Shown piece after piece: positions 46,838 to 57,401 of a DNA stretch of 64,000 nt. The position numbers were made by a program, and so were the translations under genes. The stretch covers positions 10,298-74,297 of the forward strand of contig JAVCCR010000017.1 in NCBI GenBank assembly GCA_030765485.1. Direction: 5' to 3'. The notes under the pieces were generated by a model. The model did not search any database, was not told where the DNA came from, and saw only the letters and a list, made by a program, of their open reading frames with translations. Origin of the DNA: Candidatus Gygaella obscura (GTDB taxonomy: Bacteria > Omnitrophota > Gorgyraeia > Gygaellales > Gygaellaceae). Each line of letters opens with the position of its first letter. Position 1 is the stretch's first letter.

Positions 46838-48087
46838 ATCTTAACTATTCTTTCATTATTTATTAAATCATCGTAAGTTTCTCTATCCCGAATTATAAAA
46901 CACTTATTCTTTTTAACCAATACTTCTTGCGCGCGTAAACGTGAATTATAATTACTGGACATACTAAAACCATAAGCCCCCGCACTCATTACTGCCAGAT
47001 ATTCACCTTCTCTAACCTGAGGTAGAAATCTTTCTTTGGCCAAAAAATCTCCGCTTTCACATATAGGACCCACGATATCAACCTTTACCTTCCTGACTTT
47101 GGAGTTTCTTTTTAAAGGCACTATCTTATGGTATGCATGATAAAGCGCCGGCCGCATAAGATCGTTCATCCCCGCATCAATTATAACGAATTTCTTAAGC
47201 GGAGTTTTCTTTACATATAAAACTTTTGTAACCAATACACAGCTATTGCCGGCTATAAATCTGCCCGGTTCCATAATTATTTTAAGCCCTGTCTTTTTCA
47301 GAAGCGGAATAATTTTTTCTGCATACATAACCGCAGTCTGAGGCGTTTCATTATTATAAATTATACCTAATCCCCCGCCAATATTTAGATATTCAAGACT
47401 TATTCCGCAGACTTTAAGTTGATTTATAAACTTAATCACCTTAGTAATAGCAGCGACAAACGGCGCTGGCTCTGTTATCTGAGAACCGATATGAATATGA
47501 ATTCCTTTAATTTTAGCATGAGAAAATTTATTCTTTAACAAAAAAATCTTACGTGCAGTCTTAAAATCTATACCAAATTTATTTATAAGCTTTCCTGTGG
47601 TGATAAATGCATGGGTCTTTGGCTCAACATCAGGATTTATCCGTATTGCCACATTGGTTTGCTTCTTGAGACGCTTAGCAATTTTATTGATATTCTCCAA
47701 TTCAGGCAAAGACTCGACATTAAAAAATAGTATCCCTGCTTTAATCGCGGTTTCAATCTCAAGACTTGTTTTACCTACTGAGGCATAAACAATTTGTTTT
47801 GCCGGACACTTAACCTTAAGGGCCCTATATAGCTCTCCTCCTGAAACTATATCAAGACCCGCTCCCTTATCAACCAAAGATTTTAAAATTGTAAGGTTTG
47901 AATTGGCTTTTACCGAATAACAAATAAGTGGGTTGATCTTACCGAAGGCACTTTTTAGCTTCAAATAATGATCTACTAATGTTGAATAGCTATAAACATA
48001 AAGCGGGGTACCAAATTTATTAGCTAAAGCTTCTACCTTGATATTTTCACAAAAAAGACTGTTATTCTTAAACTTAAACTCATGCAT
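46834..48087 (-). CDS. lysA: Diaminopimelate decarboxylase
   Basis: 417 aa fold-III PLP decarboxylase (YSVKAN; GGGLGI; ICESGD). Confidence 0.9.
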   Translation of the reverse strand: MHEFKFKNNSLFCENIKVEALANKFGTPLYVYSYSTLVDHYLKLKSAFGKINPLICYSVKANSNLTILKSLVDKGAGLDIVSGGELYRALKVKCPAKQIVYASVGKTSLEIETAIKAGILFFNVESLPELENINKIAKRLKKQTNVAIRINPDVEPKTHAFITTGKLINKFGIDFKTARKIFLLKNKFSHAKIKGIHIHIGSQITEPAPFVAAITKVIKFINQLKVCGISLEYLNIGGGLGIIYNNETPQTAVMYAEKIIPLLKKTGLKIIMEPGRFIAGNSCVLVTKVLYVKKTPLKKFVIIDAGMNDLMRPALYHAYHKIVPLKRNSKVRKVKVDIVGPICESGDFLAKERFLPQVREGEYLAVMSAGAYGFSMSSNYNSRLRAQEVLVKKNKCFIIRDRETYDDLINNERIVKI

Positions 48088-48141
48088 ATTTTTTTCCTCA
48101 ATTTACATAACTCCATCAGCACTCATATTCGTACAAACAGC

Positions 48142-48714
48142 CTAAATAATATAGGGAGCATGACTATGATTCTCAGCATAAGACATGCACCCGTAAACAT
48201 CAGCTGTAGGACTTTTTACTCTTTCTGTATAAACAAGATCTCCTCCTAAGTTGCCTCTTGGTGCTTTATCATTCAAGTCTAATGCACCTAAAGCTACCGA
48301 TGGTCCTGCTTCGTCATCAGCTACCATACAGCTTATAAGATTGGGATACGCATCAGGACACCAAAGGATTTTATCTTTTTTAATTGCAGCTGAGCGCCGA
48401 TAATAAAATGACCCACCAAAAGACTTCCATCCGATATTATCCTTATACCTAAACTCATGAGAATCACCTTTATAATAAAGACCTCCCTCGCTACCTTCAG
48501 GATCATTATCATTTAAGGGTTCAAATTGAATTACTCCTTGGTCTAACTCGTTATCCGTTTCCCCTACCCTAAGTTTATTCGTATCAAGTTCATTATAAGC
48601 TCCATAGGGAGAAGGACAGTACGTAACCATAGTAATATTTCTCTCATTAGCAAAACAAAACAGAGGCAAAAACATTAATGCAACCAAAATTAATGCTATC
48701 TTTTTTAAATACAT
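48142..48714 (-). CDS. Secreted hypothetical protein
   Basis: 190 aa with a signal peptide (IALILVALMFLPLFCFA). The mature part is Gly/Asp/Tyr-rich with 4 Cys. No family recognised. Confidence 0.5.
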   Translation of the reverse strand: MYLKKIALILVALMFLPLFCFANERNITMVTYCPSPYGAYNELDTNKLRVGETDNELDQGVIQFEPLNDNDPEGSEGGLYYKGDSHEFRYKDNIGWKSFGGSFYYRRSAAIKKDKILWCPDAYPNLISCMVADDEAGPSVALGALDLNDKAPRGNLGGDLVYTERVKSPTADVYGCMSYAENHSHAPYII

Positions 48715-48718
48715 ATTA

Positions 48719-50074
48719 TCACCTTCTTTTTACAGAAATCCTTGACTTAACCGATACCTTAGGATCAAAAAACTTAACAATATCCTTTTTCACAAGCTTT
48801 AATGAGAATTTGTTCAGCATTACCTGCGACATATCTTTTATCAATAAGTTATTTTCAATAGAATATCTAATCAGTTTTCCTATAATCTCATGGGCAGAAG
48901 TAAAAGGTATACCTTTTTTAATTAGATAATAAACCAAATCTGTAGCATATAACGATTCGTCTTGTAAATGAGCTTCAATATTTTTTTTATTAAACTTTAT
49001 TATCTTTATAATCCCTGCAAGAATCTTGATTTCATCTGAGATTACCTCAAAAGAATTAAAAAGCGGTTCTTTGTCTAACTGCATATCCCGGTTGTAAGTT
49101 AAAGGCAGACCCTTCATCATAACCAAAGTATTAACTAGATTGCCGTAAATTTTAGCGCAGCTGCCGCGAATAAGCTCTAGGCTATCAGGGTTTTTCTTCT
49201 GCGGCATCAAAGAACTACCCGTAGCAAAAGCATCATCAAGCTCAATAAAACCAAACTCCTTGGTTGACCAGATAATAAAATCTTCTGCCATTCTTGATAA
49301 ATGCATTGCCGCAATGGATAAAGCGCTAATTATTTCAATGACAAAATCACGGTCACTTACTGTATCAAGTGAATTACTCACGGCTTTGATATTAAATGTT
49401 ATATCAAATTTAGCATCTTTTATAACCTCGTTAACTTTTTCTTTGTAGATACTAGAATCAATAGGAGTGCCGGCTAAGGCTCCGGCACCAAGACATATTT
49501 CAATATTCTCTTCTATATAATTTAATCGTTTTATATCCCGCTTAAACATCTCACCATAAGCACCCAAATAATCCTTTAACCATACAGCCTGGGCATGCTG
49601 CATGTGAGTAAACCCGGGCATAATCACATTACTATTGGTTTTTCCAGTCTTAACTAATTGAAATACTAATTCTTGTATATCTACAAGCAATTTTGCAATA
49701 GACATCTTTGAATAAAACTTAGTGGCAAAAACCACCTGATCATTTCGCGAACGGGCTGCATGAAGTTTTAATACTAATTTACCGACTTTTTTCTCCAAGA
49801 GATTCTGGATATTAGTATGAATATCCTCACAGTTTTTATCAAATTTGAATTTATTATTCTTTATCAATTTACATATATCTTCAAGTGCCGTTTGTAACTT
49901 ATTTGATTCCGACTTAGATAAAAAACCGGCCTTAGCCAAAACCTCCACATGTATCATAGAACCTAACACATCGTACTCGGCAAGTTTATAATCATAATGA
50001 ATAGACTTGGAAAATTCAGCAAATAATTTATCCGTCTTTTTCTTAAATCTTCCACCCCAAAGTTTTTTACTCAT
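48719..50074 (-). CDS. argH: Argininosuccinate lyase
   Basis: 451 aa fumarate-lyase family (GSSLMPQKKNPD signature). Confidence 0.92.
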   Translation of the reverse strand: MSKKLWGGRFKKKTDKLFAEFSKSIHYDYKLAEYDVLGSMIHVEVLAKAGFLSKSESNKLQTALEDICKLIKNNKFKFDKNCEDIHTNIQNLLEKKVGKLVLKLHAARSRNDQVVFATKFYSKMSIAKLLVDIQELVFQLVKTGKTNSNVIMPGFTHMQHAQAVWLKDYLGAYGEMFKRDIKRLNYIEENIEICLGAGALAGTPIDSSIYKEKVNEVIKDAKFDITFNIKAVSNSLDTVSDRDFVIEIISALSIAAMHLSRMAEDFIIWSTKEFGFIELDDAFATGSSLMPQKKNPDSLELIRGSCAKIYGNLVNTLVMMKGLPLTYNRDMQLDKEPLFNSFEVISDEIKILAGIIKIIKFNKKNIEAHLQDESLYATDLVYYLIKKGIPFTSAHEIIGKLIRYSIENNLLIKDMSQVMLNKFSLKLVKKDIVKFFDPKVSVKSRISVKRR

Positions 50075-50078
50075 ACAA

Positions 50079-51251
50079 TCATCCTTCCATAAAAGGCAAA
50101 GAAAAAATATTAATAAACCCTACTGAATCTTCTTTATTAAACTCATCATTTTTTGAATACGTAGCAAGCTCTTTTTTATATAAAGAGTTTTTTGAAGCAC
50201 GCTTCATTACAATAATATTCCCCTTAAAAAGCTTTAGCTTGATAGTTCCAGTAACTTTTTCCTGGGTTTTATCTATAAAAGCATCCAGACTTTTCTTTAG
50301 ACGCGCGAACCACAGACCCTGATAGACAAGCTGGGCATATTTTAAAGCAACTATCTTTTTAAAATAGCGCGTTTCTTTATCTAAAACCAGGCTTTCCAGC
50401 TCATTGTGGGCGCTAAGTAAAATCCATGCTGCCGGAGCTTCATAGATTTCTCGTGATTTTATACCTATTGTTCTATCTTCAACTAAATCCGTACGACCGA
50501 TACAGTGTTTTCCGCCTAATGCATTAAGACATTTAACAATATCAACAAAACCCTTTTTCTTTCCGTCAAGTTTAACCGGTACCCCCTTATTAAAATCAAT
50601 CTTTACATAATCTGGCTTTTTAGGAGTTTTTTCTAAACTTTTTGTAAGCATATATGCATCCTCAGCTGGAGAATTATTTAGGTCTTCCAAGATTCCTGCT
50701 TCTATACTTACTCCCCAAATATTTTTATCTATACTATAAATATTTTTCTTCGTGGTTTTAATAGGTAACTTATGCTTTTTTGCATATTCAATTTCTGATT
50801 CACGGCTACCAAGACCCCATTCACGTAAAGGAGCGATTATTTTAAGCTTAGCGTCTAATATTTTTATGCTCGCATCAATACGCACCTGGTCATTACCCTT
50901 ACCGGTACAACCATGAGCAACAAACTGCGCATACTCCTTATGGGCGATATCTACTAAATATTTAGCAATTAAAGGCCGTCCCATAGCAGTAGATAAAACA
51001 TACTTTTCCTGATAAGTGGCGCTGGCCTTAAGACATGGCAATATATACTCATCTGCGAATTCTTTTGATAAATCTTTTATATAGATCTTTGACGCCCCGC
51101 TTTTTATAGCGCGCTTCTTCAAGTCCTGCGGTGAAAACTCACTCCCGAGACTTGCTGAAAAACAAATTACCTCAAAACCTTTATCCTTAAGCCATTTTAC
51201 GGCACAGGTAGTATCTAAACCTCCTGAGTAAGCTAAAATAACTTTTTTCAT
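50079..51251 (-). CDS. argG: Argininosuccinate synthase
   Basis: 390 aa. AYSGGLDTT PP-loop and later conserved blocks. Confidence 0.92.
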   Translation of the reverse strand: MKKVILAYSGGLDTTCAVKWLKDKGFEVICFSASLGSEFSPQDLKKRAIKSGASKIYIKDLSKEFADEYILPCLKASATYQEKYVLSTAMGRPLIAKYLVDIAHKEYAQFVAHGCTGKGNDQVRIDASIKILDAKLKIIAPLREWGLGSRESEIEYAKKHKLPIKTTKKNIYSIDKNIWGVSIEAGILEDLNNSPAEDAYMLTKSLEKTPKKPDYVKIDFNKGVPVKLDGKKKGFVDIVKCLNALGGKHCIGRTDLVEDRTIGIKSREIYEAPAAWILLSAHNELESLVLDKETRYFKKIVALKYAQLVYQGLWFARLKKSLDAFIDKTQEKVTGTIKLKLFKGNIIVMKRASKNSLYKKELATYSKNDEFNKEDSVGFINIFSLPFMEG

Positions 51252-51269
51252 CTCTTCCTTCCCTTAAAA

Positions 51270-52181
51270 CTACTTTAATAACTTTATCAATACGGCCTTT
51301 TGTACATGCATTCTATTTTCTGCCTGATCAAAAACAATTGAGTGCTTACCATCAATAACACTATCTATAATCTCTTCTCCGCGATGAGCAGGCAGACAAT
51401 GCATGATAAAAACATTCTTCTTGGCCATACTTACAAGATCAGAATTTATCTGAAACAATTTAAAATCCTGCTTTCTTTTTTCCTGTTCTTGTTCCTGACC
51501 CATAGAAGCCCAGACATCGGTATAAATAACATCAGCCTGCTTAGCAGCCAACTTTGGATCATTGACTACAAGCAGCTTTGCTTTGTTTTTCTTAAAAATC
51601 TCAAAAGCTTCTTTAAGCACAAAACCAGCTGGTTCGTATCCGGCGGGTGTTGCAATATTAAGGTTTAATCCTACCTTTGCGCAGGCATAAATCAAAGAAT
51701 TACAAACATTATTGCCGTCGCCAATATAGGCAAGGGTTTTATTCTTAAAACACTTAAGCTTTTCCTTTATCGTATATATATCCGCTAATGCCTGACAGGG
51801 ATGAAACATATCACAAAGACCGTTTACAACCGGGATACTAGAGTGCTTCGTAAATTCCAATATATCATTATGTGAATAGGTTCTTAAAACCACTGCCTGC
51901 AGATATCGGGAAAGCGTCTTAGCCACATCACCGACTGCCTCTCTTACGCCAAGTTTAATCTCATCAGGACTTAAATAAATACTGTTTCCTCCCAGCTCAT
52001 ACATCCCCACCTCAAAGGAAACCCGCGTACGATTAGAAGGCTTTTGAAAAATAAGCCCCAAGGTTTTCCCCTTTAGAATATTTTTTACCTTGGACTTAGA
52101 ACGCTTGATTTTCTTAGCCAGATGCAAAATAGCTTCGATATCTTTCTTGGTCAAATCTTTTAAAGTAATAAGGTGTTTCAT
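51270..52181 (-). CDS. argF: Ornithine carbamoyltransferase
   Basis: 303 aa. SNRTRVSFE (STRTR motif), HPCQALAD and HCLPAH. Confidence 0.9.
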   Translation of the reverse strand: MKHLITLKDLTKKDIEAILHLAKKIKRSKSKVKNILKGKTLGLIFQKPSNRTRVSFEVGMYELGGNSIYLSPDEIKLGVREAVGDVAKTLSRYLQAVVLRTYSHNDILEFTKHSSIPVVNGLCDMFHPCQALADIYTIKEKLKCFKNKTLAYIGDGNNVCNSLIYACAKVGLNLNIATPAGYEPAGFVLKEAFEIFKKNKAKLLVVNDPKLAAKQADVIYTDVWASMGQEQEQEKRKQDFKLFQINSDLVSMAKKNVFIMHCLPAHRGEEIIDSVIDGKHSIVFDQAENRMHVQKAVLIKLLK

Positions 52182-53359
52182 ATGTTTTCCTCAAAAACCT
52201 TGTTTAATATCCGCATTGCAGTTTTTATCTGCGCCTGTTTAACATTTAAAGCAGGCATAAGTCTTAACACGTTATCATGCGTACAGTTAATCAATAAATT
52301 ATGTTTTATACACTCCTGAACGATTTTTTCTCCCGAACAATTTAATTCAATTCCCACCATAAGCCCGAGAGCGCGTATCTCTTTTATTATAGGGTATTTT
52401 TTCTTTAATTCTAATAATTTCTCAAATAAATACTTGCCTTGGATTTTGGCGTTAGCAATCATCTTTTCCTTACTTATCGCTTTAAATACTCCCAGTGCTG
52501 CCTTACAAATAACCGGACCTCCACCAAAAGTAGAAGCATGCATTCCTTTAGTAAATATATCGGAAATAGACTTTTTAACAAGCATAACTCCCATGGGAAA
52601 ACCACCGGCAACTGATTTTGCTAAAGTCATCACATCCGGCGTAACATCATAATGCTTATAACAAAACATCTCGCCTGTTCGCCCTATTCCGGTCTGAACC
52701 TCATCAAAAATTAACAGAATATCCTTTTCATTGCATATCTTACGCAAATCCTGAATAAAGCTTTTCTGGGCAATATTTACTCCGCCTTCGCCTTGGATAG
52801 GCTCTATAATAGCAGCTACGGTCTTTTCCGTTATCGCCATTTTTACTGCCTCAATATCATTAAACTTTACAGTCTTAAACCCCTCCAATAAAGGTTTAAA
52901 CGGCTGCTTATACTTTTCCTGCCCTGTTGCGCTTAATGCACCGAAGGTTCTACCATGAAAAGAATTCTCAAACGTGATAATCTCATGTCGTTTACCTTTA
53001 CCAAAGATACGGGAAAATTTTATCGCTGCTTCATTCGCCTCTGCTCCGGAATTGCAGAAAAAAACCTTTGAAGGAAAACTCCAATAGGTAATCTCCTTTA
53101 CCAGTTTTGCCTGAGGCAGGTTGTAATAATTATTAGGAACAAAAATTAATTTAGATATCTGGTCTCTTACAGCGCTCATAACTGCAGAATTACAATGCCC
53201 GACATTACACACACCCCATCCAGGAAAAAAATCCAAATACTTATTGTTATGGATATCCCAAAGATAACTTCCTTTACCCTTAACAAATACCAAAGGGGTT
53301 TTTGTATAGGTGGCTAAAACTCGTTCGTTATATAATTCAAACAGCTCTTGTTTTTTCAT
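52178..53359 (-). CDS. argD: Acetylornithine aminotransferase
   Basis: 393 aa class III aminotransferase (DEVQTGIGRTG; TLAKSVAGG). Confidence 0.9.
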   Translation of the reverse strand: MKKQELFELYNERVLATYTKTPLVFVKGKGSYLWDIHNNKYLDFFPGWGVCNVGHCNSAVMSAVRDQISKLIFVPNNYYNLPQAKLVKEITYWSFPSKVFFCNSGAEANEAAIKFSRIFGKGKRHEIITFENSFHGRTFGALSATGQEKYKQPFKPLLEGFKTVKFNDIEAVKMAITEKTVAAIIEPIQGEGGVNIAQKSFIQDLRKICNEKDILLIFDEVQTGIGRTGEMFCYKHYDVTPDVMTLAKSVAGGFPMGVMLVKKSISDIFTKGMHASTFGGGPVICKAALGVFKAISKEKMIANAKIQGKYLFEKLLELKKKYPIIKEIRALGLMVGIELNCSGEKIVQECIKHNLLINCTHDNVLRLMPALNVKQAQIKTAMRILNKVFEENI

Positions 53360-53362
53360 AGT

Positions 53363-54217
53363 TTATTTGGTAATCTCCGTTCCAATTCCAGTATCGGTAA
53401 AAATTTCCAGCAACAACCCCCGCTGTATACGTGCATCAATAATATGCGTCTTTTTAACCTCTGCCTTTAAAGCCTCCGTGCATGCTTTTACCTTAGGAAT
53501 CATGCCCTGCTGGATAACTCCTTCTTTTATCAAAGATTCTGCCTCCTTCATCGTAAGCGTAGAGATAAAAGAATGACTATCTTCTGGATTACGCATAATA
53601 CCTTTTACATTGGTCAACAGAACCAGTTTTTCTGCATTAAGACTTATGGCGATCTTCTCAGCAGCCTCATCGGCATTAACGTTATACGCATGGGCATTTT
53701 CACCTTTACCCATAGGCATAACAACAGCAATCATATCTTTTTTTAATATACTTTTTATAGCATCGTTATTGATATCAGTTATTTCTCCTACAAAACCTAA
53801 ATCTAGCTTTGCTTTCTTCTTTTTTGTCTTTATGGTTGCTTTGTCTTTCCCATTTAAACCAATAGCGTTTGCTCCCAACTCATTAAGTTCATCAACAATA
53901 AGTTTATTTAATTTTTTAAGTTCTTCTTCCACTAATTTCAAAGTATGCTTATCCGTAACGCGCATACCATCAACAAAATCAGTTTTTTTTCCGGATAAAC
54001 GCATGCGTTCGCTGATATTAGGCCCTCCGCCATGCACCAACACTGGACGAAGCCCCATAAAATTCAAAAATACAATATCTTCAAGAACGGTTTTTCTTAT
54101 CTTCTCTTCACCCAAGATGCTTCCGCCATACTTTATGACAATAGTCTTTTTATGAAACTTTTTTATATAAGGAAGCGCCTCTATCAATACTTCAGCTTTT
54201 TTTATAGCTTCTTCCAT
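53363..54217 (-). CDS. argB: Acetylglutamate kinase
   Basis: 284 aa amino-acid kinase family (VIKYGGS; VLVHGGGP). Confidence 0.9.
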   Translation of the reverse strand: MEEAIKKAEVLIEALPYIKKFHKKTIVIKYGGSILGEEKIRKTVLEDIVFLNFMGLRPVLVHGGGPNISERMRLSGKKTDFVDGMRVTDKHTLKLVEEELKKLNKLIVDELNELGANAIGLNGKDKATIKTKKKKAKLDLGFVGEITDINNDAIKSILKKDMIAVVMPMGKGENAHAYNVNADEAAEKIAISLNAEKLVLLTNVKGIMRNPEDSHSFISTLTMKEAESLIKEGVIQQGMIPKVKACTEALKAEVKKTHIIDARIQRGLLLEIFTDTGIGTEITK

Positions 54218-54235
54218 ATCAAATCCTTTCTAAAA

Positions 54236-55366
54236 TTAATTGTAGGCTGCATTTATATCTACGTATTTTTTTGATAAATCACATGTATAAACCGTGGCCG
54301 AATATTTACCTAATCCTAAAACTATATCTATACAAATGTTTTTCTTCTTCAAAGAACTGCTTTTTATTTTTATCTTTTTCTCTTTTAAAGCTATCCCTGT
54401 CTGACCTAATGCCTGGATGATTCTTCCTAGATTGTTACTCTGGCCATGAATAGCAGTTTTAAATAACATTGAATCGGCTACACTTTTTGCCAAAACCTTG
54501 GCCTGTTTTTCTGTCTTGGCCTGTTTTACATTCAACTGAATGAATTTAGTCGCGCCTTCACCGTCTGCTGCGATTTGTTTGGCTAAATCCAAACATACAT
54601 ACTTTAAAGCAGCGAAAAACTTTTTATATCCAAATGAATTATTTTTAATTACCTTATTAAACGCCAGCCCATTGGCTAATATAAAAACGCTGTCGTTGGT
54701 ACTCATCTGCCCATCAACAGTTATAGAATTAAAAGATATATCAACTGCTTTTTTTAAAGCACTATCTAAAGCCTTTTTATCAATTGCTGCATCAGTAGTT
54801 ATAAAACAAAGCATTGTTGCCATGTCAGGACTAATCATACCTGAACCTTTTGCACAAGCAGCAAGAGTAATTTCTTTTCCGGATAGGTTAATTCTTTGCA
54901 CTGACTGTTTAATTTTAGTATCCGTTGTCAATATCGCCTTGGCAAAAGATAAACCTTTATCCTTAGACAAACCCAGCACCAGTTCATGCTTTGCTGAATC
55001 AATTTTTTTTATCGGTAGCTCTTTACCGATTATTCCAGTTGAAGCAACTAAAACTTCTCCTTCTCCTAACCCAAGCTCAGCAGCAGTCAAAGAAACCATT
55101 TTTTTTGCCGATAAGTCTGCGGTTTTATTAAAACAATTAGCATTTCCGCTATTGACTATTATCGCCTGCGAAGAATTATTTTTTATATGTTTTTGGCTTA
55201 ACTTAACCGAAGAAGCCTTGAAAGTATTTTTGGTAAAAACAGCACTAGATTTACATTTAGCCACGGAATATAAAAGCGCTAAGTCTAATTTAGCCTTTTT
55301 CTTTATGCCGCAGTTTAAGCCATTAGCCAAAAAACCTATGGGAGCAGTAACGGTATTATCTTTCAT
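54236..55366 (-). CDS. argJ: Bifunctional glutamate N-acetyltransferase / amino-acid acetyltransferase
   Basis: 376 aa with the self-cleavage site motif ATMLCFITTDA. Confidence 0.9.
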   Translation of the reverse strand: MKDNTVTAPIGFLANGLNCGIKKKAKLDLALLYSVAKCKSSAVFTKNTFKASSVKLSQKHIKNNSSQAIIVNSGNANCFNKTADLSAKKMVSLTAAELGLGEGEVLVASTGIIGKELPIKKIDSAKHELVLGLSKDKGLSFAKAILTTDTKIKQSVQRINLSGKEITLAACAKGSGMISPDMATMLCFITTDAAIDKKALDSALKKAVDISFNSITVDGQMSTNDSVFILANGLAFNKVIKNNSFGYKKFFAALKYVCLDLAKQIAADGEGATKFIQLNVKQAKTEKQAKVLAKSVADSMLFKTAIHGQSNNLGRIIQALGQTGIALKEKKIKIKSSSLKKKNICIDIVLGLGKYSATVYTCDLSKKYVDINAAYN

Positions 55367-56409
55367 TTGTTTATTTTTAACCCCTTTAATCCTAGCGTCT
55401 GTTTTAAGCCAAACATTATATTCATATTCTCAACTGCGTTACCGGAAGCACCCTTAACTAAGTTATCAATACAGGAAACTATAACTATTACCTTACCCAG
55501 CTGCTTAAACCCAATATGACAAAAGTTGGTACCTACTACATCCTTTAACTCAGGAAATAAACCTTCAGGTAAAACCTTAACAAACGCTGAAGTCTTATAA
55601 AATCGCTTATATAAAGATGTCAAATTGAGTTTCTTATTATTTTTCAACTTGACATAACTGGTAACAAGCATACCTCGCTCCAAAGGCAATAGATATGCGA
55701 CAAAATCTATTTTTATACTTTTTTTAGCAAGACCGGTTAATACAGATTCAATTTCCGGCACATGTCGATGGCCTCCCACTGCATAGACCTTAAAGTTGCT
55801 TTTTATCTCTGATAATTTATCTTTATTCTTTATCCTACCTGCTCCGGAAAAACCTGATTTTGCATCTATATATACTTCATCCTGTTTTATCAAGTGCTTC
55901 TTTACCAAAGGTGCAAGGCCAAGGACAGAAGCCACAGGATAACATCCGGGATTTGCCAATATGGTGGCTTTTTTGATACAAGCCTTATTTAATTCCACCA
56001 GCCCATACACACTTTTTTTCAAAGAGCTAGAATCAATATGAGCAATGTTATAAACTTTTTTATACAACAATGCATCTTTAAACCGGTAATCTGCGCTGAG
56101 ATCAATTACCTTTACACCAAGTTTTATCAACTTCAAAGCGTATTGCATAGAAACTTTATGAGGCAGGGCCAAAAAAGCTACATCGCTTGTCTTGGCAATA
56201 TAATCAGCATCAAAAGGAATACACTTTAAATTGCCCAGTTTTTTAAAATAAGGGTATATATTTTTTAACTTCTCACCAACCCGGCTTCTTGCTACGATGC
56301 AGCTAATATTAACCGCGGGATGCTTTGAAAGTATATCAACAAGCCCCTCTCCTGTATAACCTGTTATACCAACTATACAAACATTGATTTTTTTCATTAT
56401 TTTATTCAC
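55363..56409 (-). CDS. argC: N-acetyl-gamma-glutamyl-phosphate reductase
   Basis: 348 aa. CIVGITGYTGEG N-terminus and the catalytic Cys region (ANPGCYP). The track ORF starts with GTG at 56409. An ATG at 56397 is an alternative start. Confidence 0.9.
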   Translation of the reverse strand: MNKIMKKINVCIVGITGYTGEGLVDILSKHPAVNISCIVARSRVGEKLKNIYPYFKKLGNLKCIPFDADYIAKTSDVAFLALPHKVSMQYALKLIKLGVKVIDLSADYRFKDALLYKKVYNIAHIDSSSLKKSVYGLVELNKACIKKATILANPGCYPVASVLGLAPLVKKHLIKQDEVYIDAKSGFSGAGRIKNKDKLSEIKSNFKVYAVGGHRHVPEIESVLTGLAKKSIKIDFVAYLLPLERGMLVTSYVKLKNNKKLNLTSLYKRFYKTSAFVKVLPEGLFPELKDVVGTNFCHIGFKQLGKVIVIVSCIDNLVKGASGNAVENMNIMFGLKQTLGLKGLKINK

Positions 56410-56423
56410 AAGTTTAATATATT

Positions 56424-56452
56424 TAATATATCATAAAATATCTTTCGGTCAA
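56424..56452 (-). promoter_or_regulatory. Promoter candidate for the arg operon
   Basis: Minus strand reads TTGACC, a 16-17 nt spacer, then TATATT/ATATTA. A 15-nt AT palindrome (ATATATTAAATATAT) and a TGTGAATAAA half-site follow, before the argC start. Confidence 0.3.
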
Positions 56453-56470
56453 TATATTTTCGTCGAGAAA

Positions 56471-56501
56471 TAAAAAAATCCCGCTTGAAAAAAGCGGGAT
56501 T
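56471..56501 (-). terminator. Rho-independent terminator after rplM-rpsI
   Basis: 10-bp perfect stem AATCCCGCTT/AAGCGGGATT with a 5-nt loop, followed on the minus strand by TTTTTTATTT. It lies 30 nt downstream of the rpsI stop. Confidence 0.75.
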
Positions 56502-56531
56502 AAATTATTTGAATTAATGTGTCTTAAGCGA

Positions 56532-56939
56532 TTAACGCTTAGTCCACTGGAACCGCTTCCGCGCCCCTTTCTGTCCATACTTCTTGCGCTCTTTTGCCCT
56601 GGGGTCTCTGGTTAAAAATCCTGCTTTTCTCAAAGCAAATTTCAAACTTTCATCAAACTTTACAAGCGCCCTGGATATACCATGCCTCATTGCCCCAGCC
56701 TGGCCAGATGTACCGCCACCACTAACATTAGCAAAAATATCAAATTTATCCAAAGTCATAGTAAGTTCTAAAGGCTGTTTGACAATTAATATCTCTGTCT
56801 CACGCTTAAAATAATCGTTGCTTTTTCTTTTATTTACAACAATATTGCCTTTACCTGGCAAAAGTCTAATTCTTGCCACGGACTCTTTTCTTTTGCCTGT
56901 TGCGCAATACTGCTCTTTATTTATATTCTCTTTATTCAT
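56532..56939 (-). CDS. rpsI: 30S ribosomal protein S9
   Basis: 135 aa. [19 protein letters not shown] and a C-terminal basic tail ending ...KR. Confidence 0.93.
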   Translation of the reverse strand: MNKENINKEQYCATGKRKESVARIRLLPGKGNIVVNKRKSNDYFKRETEILIVKQPLELTMTLDKFDIFANVSGGGTSGQAGAMRHGISRALVKFDESLKFALRKAGFLTRDPRAKERKKYGQKGARKRFQWTKR

Positions 56940-57367
56940 TATACCTCCATAACCTCAGACTTCTGAGAAACATGAGGGTGCTTATCATCAGCATAAACCT
57001 TAAGCTTTTTTAACATCTTAACTCCCAAACTTCCCTTCGGAAGCATCCTTCTTACAGCCAGATAAACAACCTGCGCAGGTTTTTTTTCCAACATTACCTT
57101 TAAAGGAACCTGTCTTAGACCTGAAACATAACCGGAGTATCTTGAATATTTTTTTTGCTCCAATTTTCTTCCAGTAAACTTCACCTTACGGGCATTAATA
57201 ACAATAACAAAATCACCCGTATCTACATTAGGAGTATATATAGCCTTATGTTTACCTCTTAAAACCGTGGCAATCTTAACTGCCAATTTTCCCATGGTTT
57301 TATTAGTTGCATCCACAAGATACCATTTGCGTACTATGTCTTTTTGTTTTGCGTAGAATGTTTTCAT
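56939..57367 (-). CDS. rplM: 50S ribosomal protein L13
   Basis: 142 aa. WYLVDA...GKLA N-terminus is typical of L13. Start/stop overlap with rpsI. Confidence 0.93.
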   Translation of the reverse strand: MKTFYAKQKDIVRKWYLVDATNKTMGKLAVKIATVLRGKHKAIYTPNVDTGDFVIVINARKVKFTGRKLEQKKYSRYSGYVSGLRQVPLKVMLEKKPAQVVYLAVRRMLPKGSLGVKMLKKLKVYADDKHPHVSQKSEVMEV

Positions 57368-57401
57368 AGAATCAAATTTATATCATATTTTTACCATAAT
57401 G

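Noticed and set aside
54540-55457. 305-aa plus-strand ORF (and similar plus-strand ORFs at 3913-4380, 53610-54155, 4395-4742)
   Set aside because: These lie entirely antisense to strongly supported genes (argJ, rpoD, argB, dnaG). Their translations are low-complexity S/L/F/I-rich strings typical of antisense frames of AT-rich genes. No RBS was seen.
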